Both the position numbers and the translations under genes were made by a program. From an uncultured virus (IMG/VR IMGVR_UViG_3300016486_001479) (lineage: Duplodnaviria > Heunggongvirae > Uroviricota > Caudoviricetes): a DNA stretch of 20,000 bases. Positions within the stretch are counted from its first letter, which is position 1. The number at the start of each line of letters is the position of its first letter. Positions 1 to 6,235 of the stretch are shown piece after piece. The stretch lies in IMG/VR virus record IMGVR_UViG_3300016486_001479; one strand, 5' to 3'. A model generated the notes under the pieces. The model was not told the DNA's origin, ran no database searches, and saw only the letters and a list, made by a program, of their open reading frames with translations.

Positions 1-351
1 CATTCAAAAGTGAGAGAAAGAGTTACACGAGATGGTTTATCTATCACTCACATGATTGGAAGATATGATTCTGGAAACGGAAGAAGAATTCCACTAAGTG
101 ATATATTAGTCGAAAATTCAACTTACTCTAATATTGCTAGACTGAAAATTAGGTTAGTAAATGAAGGGTTTTTAGAGTATAAATGTGTCAGTTGTAGTAA
201 TGAAGGCGATTGGATGGGTAATCCAATAGTTTTGCAATTAGACCATAAGAACGGAGTTCGTGATGACCATAGGTTGGAAAATTTAAGATTTATGTGTCCT
301 AATTGCCACAGCCAAACAGCAACATTTGGAGGTAAAAACTGTAGAAAATAG
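1..351 (+). CDS. HNH homing endonuclease, 5'-partial (frame is open to the window edge)
   Basis: CxxC (CVSC), LQLDHKNG..DHRLENLRFMCPNCHSQT: classic HNH motif of phage tRNA-cluster-associated endonucleases. Confidence 0.9.
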   Translation, partial: HSKVRERVTRDGLSITHMIGRYDSGNGRRIPLSDILVENSTYSNIARLKIRLVNEGFLEYKCVSCSNEGDWMGNPIVLQLDHKNGVRDDHRLENLRFMCPNCHSQTATFGGKNCRK

Positions 352-377
352 TCAGTTCGAACCCTACTATGCCCACA
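351..377 (+). pseudogene. 3' remnant of a tRNA (T-loop plus acceptor 3' strand)
   Basis: gtcag-TTCGAAC-cctac-tatgccc-aca directly abutting the HNH stop; the T-stem 5' strand is mismatched and no 5' half is visible. Confidence 0.55.
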
Positions 378-389
378 CTACAACTTTAT

Positions 390-518
390 GGGGAGTGTTT
401 TATTACACTTACTCTTTCTAGCGTTACCTGCATAGCAGTGTTGAAGAACAGAGTTACTTCGGTTCAATTTTTTGCTAAACACAAGAATAGATAGGTTCGA
501 TTCCTATACTCCCCACCA
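390..518 (+). ncRNA. tRNA-shaped, circularly permuted Y-RNA-like RNA (copy 1)
   Basis: Acceptor GGGGAGT(390-396)/ACTCCCC(508-514)+ACCA; perfect T-arm ATAGG-TTCGATT-CCTAT; no D or anticodon arm. Instead ACTCTTTCTAGCGTTACCTG-cata-GCAGTGTTGAAGAACAGAGTTACTTCG, a motif repeated at 2243-2293 and 2360-2422. Confidence 0.7.
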
Positions 519-581
519 TCTTGCTATGATGGATTGTGACCAAGAGGGGCCACCCGATGACAATCACAAACAGGGTTTGAC

Positions 582-1358
582 GTGCTCCGAAACGGAGATT
601 TGTTTAATGAGATGCCGATACCAGAGCTAATGCGTATGGTTTCTTCTTTTTCAATTCAAAACATGCTATCCAGAGACGCATTTAAAGCTAGAATGGACCG
701 AGAGCAACCAATTGCTATCCACGAGCTTTTAGTCCCAATTCTTCAAGGCCATGATAGCGTCCATTTGAGGACTGAGATTGAAATTGGAGGTTCAGACCAA
801 TTGTTCAACTTCACCATTGCCAGACGAATGCAAGAACTTGATGGCCAGAAGCCGCAAGTGAGTTTGATGGCTCCAATTATTCGAGGAACAGACGGAAGGA
901 AGATGTTAAAATCATTCGACAACTGTATCTTCCTTGATGGAACCCCAGGAGGCACTTTCGGGGCCTGTATGAGCATATCTGACGCTGTAATGGACGAAGA
1001 GTTCATTCCACTCCTAACAGACCTAAAAACCTTTCCTGAGAGCCCCGTATTGAGAAAGAAAGCTATGGCCAAAGATATTGTTCGCCAGATTCACGGCCAA
1101 GAGGCTGCAGAGCGGGCTCAATCGGGATTCGAGAACCAGGTTCAGAAGAAAGAAATCCCAGCTGTTATTAAAAATATTGAAGCAAAAGACTTGATTCAAG
1201 CTGTAGTTGCAGTCAGAGATTGTAGCAACTCAGCAGCAAGAAGATTGATTTCAGAAGGAGGTGTTCAGGTGGAAGGAGGTGCGGTAACTGAAAACGGCCC
1301 AGTAGAGTCGGGTCAGGTTGTCAAAGTTGGCAAAAGAGAATTCGTTAAGATTTTATAA
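582..1358 (+). CDS. tyrS: Tyrosyl-tRNA synthetase, N-terminally truncated (no HIGH motif)
   Basis: PILQGHDSVHL..EIEIGGSDQLFN, KMLKS (KMSKS-like), C-terminal S4 domain (SNSAARRLISEGGVQV..VKVGKR); in-frame TGA at 558-560 limits upstream extension. Confidence 0.85.
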   Translation: MLRNGDLFNEMPIPELMRMVSSFSIQNMLSRDAFKARMDREQPIAIHELLVPILQGHDSVHLRTEIEIGGSDQLFNFTIARRMQELDGQKPQVSLMAPIIRGTDGRKMLKSFDNCIFLDGTPGGTFGACMSISDAVMDEEFIPLLTDLKTFPESPVLRKKAMAKDIVRQIHGQEAAERAQSGFENQVQKKEIPAVIKNIEAKDLIQAVVAVRDCSNSAARRLISEGGVQVEGGAVTENGPVESGQVVKVGKREFVKIL

Positions 1359-1611
1359 GTATCAACCCCTCTGATTTATTGACCTAATAAGAGCTGTAGA
1401 AACACCATTTATTGATTGAATTTGACTCAGAGTTCTTTGGCTTTTAGATTGAATACCAGATATTGGAGCTATTTCTTGACTATCGGTATAATAAACTTTC
1501 AATGCACAACCACGACTTGCATTGCAATTGGTGTTCCCACACAGAGAGACTTCTATGTCAATCCAAATCTGCCTGGTCACATCTGCCCAGATAGCAGACA
1601 GTCGTTGGGGC
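1132..1611. repeat. ~480-bp direct duplication, copy 1 (copy 2 at 3474-3963)
   Basis: Near-identical sequence from agaaccaggttcag onward; copy 1 accumulates single-base deletions just before the N gap at 1612-1631. Confidence 0.95.
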
Positions 1612-1650
1612 NNNNNNNNNNNNNNNNNNNNTCAAAACAAAACACATTCA

Positions 1651-1776
1651 ATGTTCAACTTTACAGACATAGCGATTTCAAACCAACCGATGCCGATGGC
1701 AGCGACTGGCTGTGCGCCCGATTATAGCGGGAGCAAGCAGAATGACCTGGTTATGTCTAAACTGAACAACAGTTGA
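1651..1776 (+). CDS. Putative 41-aa leader peptide of an attenuator
   Basis: ATG after an A-rich leader; MFNFTDIAISNQPMPMAATGCAPDYSGSKQNDLVMSKLNNS; its 3' end overlaps the antiterminator strand. Confidence 0.6.
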   Translation: MFNFTDIAISNQPMPMAATGCAPDYSGSKQNDLVMSKLNNS

Positions 1777-1817
1777 TGTAGAGACATAAACCATTAGGGA
1801 AAACCCCCAGGTCATTC
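1740..1817 (+). promoter_or_regulatory. Antiterminator hairpin, alternative to the terminator
   Basis: GAATGACCTGG (1740-1750) is an exact copy of the terminator 3' arm (1826-1836) and is complementary to CCAGGTCATTC (1807-1817). TGGTTATGTCT (1748-1758) pairs with AGACATAAACCA (1782-1793). Confidence 0.7.
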
Positions 1818-1847
1818 AATCAAACGAATGACCTGGGGGTTTTTTTT
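1800..1847 (+). terminator. Rho-independent terminator (attenuator) upstream of the tRNA array
   Basis: AAAACCCCCAGGTCATTC-aatcaaac-GAATGACCTGGGGG-T8. Confidence 0.9.
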
Positions 1848-1893
1848 GTTTCTGGACTCAACGGAGCCAGAAGATTAATTGAAATATTAATAT

Positions 1894-1967
1894 CGGGAGG
1901 AAGTGCAGTCAGGTAGCACGGGGCATTTGGGATGCTCAGGTCGAGGGTTCAAATCCCTCTCTCCCGA
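1894..1967 (+). tRNA. tRNA-Pro(UGG)
   Basis: Acceptor CGGGAGG/TCTCCCG, anticodon arm GGGCA-TTTGGGA-TGCTC, T-loop TTCAAAT. Confidence 0.9.
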
Positions 1968-2036
1968 CACAAAGTGTTAGTTTACAAGAGTTTCTAGTAA
2001 ATGTCCACACGAGTAGGAGTTTTTGAAAACAATAAG

Positions 2037-2052
2037 AGTTCTTTGACATATT
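2037..2052 (+). promoter_or_regulatory. boxA-like antitermination site
   Basis: GAGTTCTTTGACATAT resembles rrn boxA; a similar AGTTCTTTGAA precedes the large RNA at 17912. Confidence 0.5.
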
Positions 2053-2120
2053 GATAATAAAGTTAATTAAAAAACCCAAGATATTACACCGATGTAATCG
2101 TCATAATATCTTGGGAAAAT

Positions 2121-2194
2121 GGTGGCGCATCATATTGGCGCATGTTGCCTCCCTGTCACGGAGGAGATTGAGGATTCGAATTCCTTCGTCACCG
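2121..2194 (+). tRNA. tRNA-Asp(GUC), atypical D-arm
   Basis: GGTGGCG/CGTCACC+G, CCTCC-CTGTCAC-GGAGG, T-loop TTCGAAT. Confidence 0.85.
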
Positions 2195-2226
2195 CTTTGG
2201 TGCATTAAAGTACCACAATTTATTAT

Positions 2227-2345
2227 GGGGAGGAATAATTAATACTTTTTCGCTTTTTACCTGGCAACAGTGTTGATAGAAAGAGTTACTTCGAAAATTA
2301 GTATCATAAACTATAATTGCAGATTAAGACCTGCCCTCCCCACCA
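2227..2345 (+). ncRNA. tRNA-shaped, circularly permuted Y-RNA-like RNA (copy 2)
   Basis: Acceptor GGGGAGG/CCTCCCC+ACCA; degenerate T-arm GCAG-attaagac-CTGC; internal TACTTTTTCGCTTTTTACCTG-GCAA-CAGTGTTGATAGAAAGAGTTACTTCG closed by a GNRA tetraloop. Confidence 0.65.
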
Positions 2346-2355
2346 TATTTAAAAA

Positions 2356-2426
2356 TTTTCAGTGTTGAAAGAAGAGTTACTTCGTTATAGGAACATAAAA
2401 TCACTCTTCTTAGAATTACCTGAAAA
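2356..2426 (+). ncRNA. Minimal Y-RNA-like RNA in canonical (non-permuted) order
   Basis: TTTTCAG/CTGAAAA terminal stem, CAGTGTTGAAAGAAGAGTTACTTCG...CACTCTTCTTAGAATTACCTG; AAGAAGAGT/ACTCTTCTT is a perfect 9-bp helix. Confidence 0.65.
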
Positions 2427-2429
2427 AAT

Positions 2430-2503
2430 GGTGGCGCATCATATTGGCGCATGTTGCCTCCCTGTCACGGAGGAGATTGAGGATTCGAATTCCTTCGCTA
2501 CCG
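2430..2503 (+). tRNA. tRNA-Asp(GUC), near-identical paralog of 2121-2194
   Basis: Identical except the acceptor 3' strand CGCTACC vs CGTCACC; both pair. Confidence 0.85.
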
Positions 2504-2550
2504 CCCTTGGTCATTTACGCTTATGACCTTAATAAACAAAAAAACGACAC

Positions 2551-2626
2551 GGTGTGGAGGTGTTGATGGTAACATTTGTCCCTGTCACGGATGAGATTGT
2601 GGGTTCGACTCCCATGCACACCGCCA
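2551..2626 (+). tRNA. tRNA-Asp(GUC) with encoded CCA
   Basis: GGTGTG/CACACC+GCCA, TGTCC-CTGTCAC-GGATG, GTGGG-TTCGACT-CCCAT. Confidence 0.85.
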
Positions 2627-2750
2627 ATTCAATCTTAGGTGCCTTAGGTAGCCGAGTCGCTTCGTCAGCGAAAAAGGACTCACTGAGATGTAGGCGCATT
2701 GAGCGTCGCATTAAAGGCTTGGGGATGACGCCCTGAGATTGATTGTTTAT

Positions 2751-2825
2751 GGGGTTGAAGCATGTGCTGGCTAATGCATCTGTCTGGCAGACAGAAGACC
2801 GTGGGTTCAATTCCCATCTTCTCCA
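2751..2825 (+). tRNA. tRNA-Ala(GGC)
   Basis: TCTGT-CTGGCAG-ACAGA; G3:U70 Ala determinant present; two U-U mismatches in the acceptor stem. Confidence 0.8.
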
Positions 2826-2918
2826 CAATAAAAGATTAAAGAAAACAGGATATGCGACGAGCGTCTGGTGGGTATTCCCCTCATCAGGTTAAGCCGTTGG
2901 GGAACATGTCCTGCTAAT

Positions 2919-2993
2919 GGGGATGTAGCTCAATTGGCTGAGCGGCTGCCTTGCACGTAGCGTCGTATGTGGGTTCGAGTCCCATCATCTCCA
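2919..2993 (+). tRNA. tRNA-Ala(UGC)
   Basis: GGGGATG/CATCTCC+A with G3:U70, canonical D-arm, GCTGC-CTTGCAC-GTAGC, TTCGAGT T-loop. Confidence 0.92.
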
Positions 2994-3097
2994 CAAATTC
3001 CAAAACGGCTCGAATCCGTTGCAGAGAGAAGGCCTCTACTCTGCCCAGTTGTTCGCGACATGCTGGTCCTTGGTTGGTGAGGAATCAATTTTTAAAT

Positions 3098-3187
3098 GGG
3101 AGTGAGGCAACTATCGGTTGTGTTGTGCCAGGTTGTAACCCTGGTCCCTCTGGGTAAACGTTGGGGGTTCGAGTCCCTCCACTCTCA
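3098..3187 (+). tRNA. tRNA-Tyr(GUA)
   Basis: GGGAGTG/CACTCTC+A, CCAGG-TTGTAAC-CCTGG, long variable arm CCC-TCT-GGG. Confidence 0.85.
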
Positions 3188-3251
3188 CATGGCAGTCATG
3201 CCACTTTCTTCGGAAGTAACCTCAATAGGGGTTGTGAAAAATGACTATTAT

Positions 3252-3342
3252 GGAAGTGAGGTCGACTATCGGTTGTGTCGCACTAGACTGTAAATCTAGT
3301 CCCTTTGGGTAAACAATGGGGGTTCGAGCCCCTCCGCTTCCA
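3252..3342 (+). tRNA. tRNA-Tyr(GUA)
   Basis: GGAAGTG/CGCTTCC+A, CTAGA-CTGTAAA-TCTAG, variable arm CCC-TTT-GGG. Confidence 0.88.
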
Positions 3343-3473
3343 CTTTGATTTCATAAACAAAAGTAACAGTTATGAAATCTTTGTTACTTTTGTAGTCTAT
3401 TTATAGTAAATTAAAAACTTGTGAGTAGAAAAGGAAAGGTTGACCTACAGTCAGTAAGTGATTTTAAAGTCAT

Positions 3474-3963
3474 AGAACCAGGTTCAGAAGAAAGAAATCC
3501 CAGCTGTTATTAAAAATATTGAAGCAAAAGACTTGATTCAAGCTGTAGTTGCAGTCAGAGATTGTAGCAACTCAGCAGCAAGAAGATTGATTTCAGAAGG
3601 AGGTGTTCAGGTGGAAGGAGGTGCGGTAACTGAAAACGGCCCAGTAGAGTCGGGTCAGGTTGTCAAAGTTGGCAAAAGAGAATTCGTTAAGATTTTATAA
3701 GTATCAACCCCTCTGATTTATTGACCTAATAAGAGCTGTAGAAACACCATTTATTGATTGAATTTGACTCGGAGTTCTTTGGCTTTTAGATTGAATACCA
3801 GATATTGGAGCTATTTCTTGACTATCGGTATAATAAACTTTCAATGCACAACCACGACTTGCAATTGCAATTGGTGTTCCCACAACAGAAGAGACTTCTA
3901 TGTCAAATCCAAAATCTGCCTGGTCACCATCTGCCCAAGATAAGCCAGACAAGTCGTTGGGGC
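3474..3963. repeat. Direct duplication copy 2 (tyrS 3' end plus 3' part of the 3704-4336 gene)
   Basis: Matches 1132-1611; this copy keeps the minus-strand gene in frame. Confidence 0.95.
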
Positions 3964-4336
3964 CTCCGAGTGTGCCGCCGTAGTAATCGTTCCCACCAAC
4001 AAAAGTGTTTGTGTAAAGTATGTTTGAGTATGCTGTTCCATTATACAGGCGAATATTATAAGTTGCCTCTTCATTGGCTCCAGTGGAGCCAGCTGTCCCA
4101 ATCGCATTAGATGACGTGCTTCCCGTTAAAACTAATTCTACGCCGTCTATGGTGGCGCCTTCTGGAATCTGAGAGGAATCAAAACAGTTATACCAAGTAT
4201 TCCGTCTATTAGCTGATACAGTAAAGGCAACAGAAGAACCCGCTTGATTTCTGTGTAAACGGATTGCTTGACCCCAAGAACTTGACCTCCCAGGCACAAA
4301 ATTTGAAAGAGGTCCCAAAGTTAATGTCTCAGCCAT
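3704..4336 (-). CDS. Hypothetical protein, probably virion-associated (start re-assigned to ATG 4336)
   Basis: G/S/T-rich beta-type sequence; MAETLTLG start overlaps the methyltransferase stop (coupling). Confidence 0.7.
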   Translation of the reverse strand: MAETLTLGPLSNFVPGRSSSWGQAIRLHRNQAGSSVAFTVSANRRNTWYNCFDSSQIPEGATIDGVELVLTGSTSSNAIGTAGSTGANEEATYNIRLYNGTAYSNILYTNTFVGGNDYYGGTLGGPNDLSGLSWADGDQADFGFDIEVSSVVGTPIAIASRGCALKVYYTDSQEIAPISGIQSKSQRTPSQIQSINGVSTALIRSINQRG

Positions 4337-4886
4337 GATGGGTATATTTAGGCATGTGATACTCCTTATGGTTAAAGTAATCATTCTGAGGAGGGTTCAC
4401 ATGCAGTGTTTCAAACTCTACATTTTTAAACTTATGCTCATTCCAGTCTCTAGGAAGATTGTTCCACCAAGTCACTTTAGCTTGGTCATTGCATATTTTA
4501 GGAATCAATTTTTTAAAACTACTTGCCTTTGCATCAAGGTATGTATCAAAAAACACTCCATCATAAGCCTCAAGAAGCTCTCTATTCTCCCACCAACACC
4601 CAGTAATGATTTTAACATTTTCTCTATTATCTGCCCATTCTTCCAATAATGGAATTACTTCTGAATGAATCTCACATATAGTATGCGATTTAATGTGGTG
4701 CTGTTGTATAAAATTAGCTGATATTCCCATGCCAAATCCCATTTCTATTATATCACCTCCGTCTTGACAAACAAAATTTGCCACATGCTGCATGATAGGA
4801 GACTCCCATTCATGCATAACAATGTTGCCTCCTTCAGTTTGAATGCTCTCTTTGTTAAATAATATTTTTGAGTCTTTATAAATCAT
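4329..4886 (-). CDS. SAM-dependent methyltransferase, GAMT/Rmt2-like
   Basis: VMHEWESPIM, motif I IIEMGFGMGIS, HTICEIH, YDGVFFDTY. Confidence 0.85.
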   Translation of the reverse strand: MIYKDSKILFNKESIQTEGGNIVMHEWESPIMQHVANFVCQDGGDIIEMGFGMGISANFIQQHHIKSHTICEIHSEVIPLLEEWADNRENVKIITGCWWENRELLEAYDGVFFDTYLDAKASSFKKLIPKICNDQAKVTWWNNLPRDWNEHKFKNVEFETLHVNPPQNDYFNHKEYHMPKYTHHG

Positions 4887-6235
4887 GAAATAACAAAATA
4901 ATCATGGCTTGGGTTAAAATAGATACTATAATAAGCGCTTCTGCCAGAAGAAAAGTCCTCTATAAAATGTCCAACCGCCCTAACAACGGCCCCAGATGTT
5001 GTTGGTGGAGCAAATGTGAATTTAGACGTTGATTCACTTAGGTAAATAGTGCCCCCAGTAACAGCAGTGCCATCAAAGTTTGAAGAATCAATTAACACAA
5101 TCCCACTAGCTAGCATGCCTGGGTTGTCCGAAGACGTAGTTTGCGCCATACCAAGAAAACCTATTGAGGTTCCAGACGCAGAAGCATCTGCTTGATTCCA
5201 AGTTCCGTTTGTAGACAAGTAATAAACTCCTCCAGCTGAGACAGCTGTTGTTCGAGTCGTCCTAATTAATATAGGATTCTCTGTGGCCTCATTTAATGTT
5301 GTGTAATTAACTAAATTTGTTACCCAACCAGCAGCATCTCCTGCTCCTCTAAACAACGCCGAAAGGTCTGTTCCTCCAGAAGATATTGTTGTTGTCGCGT
5401 TTATTGAGCCCGTCACAACCAAAGCTGACCCATTGAAAGTTAGGTTGGATTCTCCATTTATACCGTTTGCGGCAGTCGAAGTTATAATCCGATTATCAGC
5501 TCCATTAGTGTATGTGGACAAAGGGCCTGCGGCGTTTGAAAACAACACCGAAAGGTCTGTTCCTCCAGAAGATATTGTTGTTGTCGCGTTTATTGAGCCT
5601 GTCACAACCAAAGCTGACCCATTGAAAGTTAGGTTGGATTCTCCATTTATACCGTTTGCGGAAGTCGAAGTTATAATGCGATTATCAGCTCCATTGGTGT
5701 ATGTGGACAAAGGACCTGCGGCGTTTGAAAACAACACCGAAAGGTCTGTTCCTCCAGAATATATTCTTGTTGTCGCGTTTATTGAGCCTGTCACAACCAA
5801 AGCTGACCCATTGAAAGTTAGGTTGGATTCTCCATTTATACCGTTTGCGGAAGTCGAAGTTATAATGCGATTATCAGCTCCATTGGTGTATGTGGACAAA
5901 GGGCCTGCGGCGTTTGAAAACAACACCGAAAGGTCTGTTCCTCCAGAAGATATTCTTGTTGTCGCGTTTATTGAACCCATCTCAACTGGGCTTGTAAAGT
6001 CTACATCTCCTTTAAACAATACACCACCATTTACAATCCCGCCAGCAATCGGCAGATATTCACCAGGTGTTGTGGAGCCAGTCCCAATAAACTGAGTCTG
6101 AGAAACGCTTTGACCCTGGTCCCCACGAACCTCCATCAACCCATTTTGGTCCAAAGTCAAATAGTATTGACCCTGCTTCGGTTTAACAAAGCTATTGTCT
6201 CGTGGGTCTTTATAATATATGTATCCTTTTCTCAT
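4883..6235 (-). CDS. Tail-fibre/virion-like protein with 63-aa tandem repeats
   Basis: YLPIAGG and NGADNRIITST..INGESNLTFNG motifs typical of phage fibre proteins; ATGA overlap with the next gene. Confidence 0.75.
   Translation of the reverse strand: MRKGYIYYKDPRDNSFVKPKQGQYYLTLDQNGLMEVRGDQGQSVSQTQFIGTGSTTPGEYLPIAGGIVNGGVLFKGDVDFTSPVEMGSINATTRISSGGTDLSVLFSNAAGPLSTYTNGADNRIITSTSANGINGESNLTFNGSALVVTGSINATTRIYSGGTDLSVLFSNAAGPLSTYTNGADNRIITSTSANGINGESNLTFNGSALVVTGSINATTTISSGGTDLSVLFSNAAGPLSTYTNGADNRIITSTAANGINGESNLTFNGSALVVTGSINATTTISSGGTDLSALFRGAGDAAGWVTNLVNYTTLNEATENPILIRTTRTTAVSAGGVYYLSTNGTWNQADASASGTSIGFLGMAQTTSSDNPGMLASGIVLIDSSNFDGTAVTGGTIYLSESTSKFTFAPPTTSGAVVRAVGHFIEDFSSGRSAYYSIYFNPSHDYFVIS
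5351..5974. repeat. 189-bp tandem repeat, ~3.3 copies, in frame
   Basis: gaaaggtctg recurs at 5361, 5550, 5739 and 5928. Confidence 0.95.

Noticed and set aside
390..518. Intron-containing tRNA or tmRNA
   Set aside because: No D or anticodon arm can be restored by removing a segment; far too short for tmRNA and no tag ORF
411..2422. CAGTGTTGA..AGAGTTACTTCG repeats as a CRISPR array
   Set aside because: Only three dispersed, diverged copies with no regular spacers; they form helices with partner motifs
2629..2742. Hammerhead or HDV-like (theta) ribozyme
   Set aside because: CTGAGA and GAAA are not placed around the required three stems; no nested HDV double pseudoknot found
2051..3293. Short ORFs in the ORF track across the tRNA array
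   Set aside because: They overlap clear tRNA genes; spurious
5433..6095. 220-aa plus-strand ORF
   Set aside because: Antisense shadow of the repetitive fibre gene
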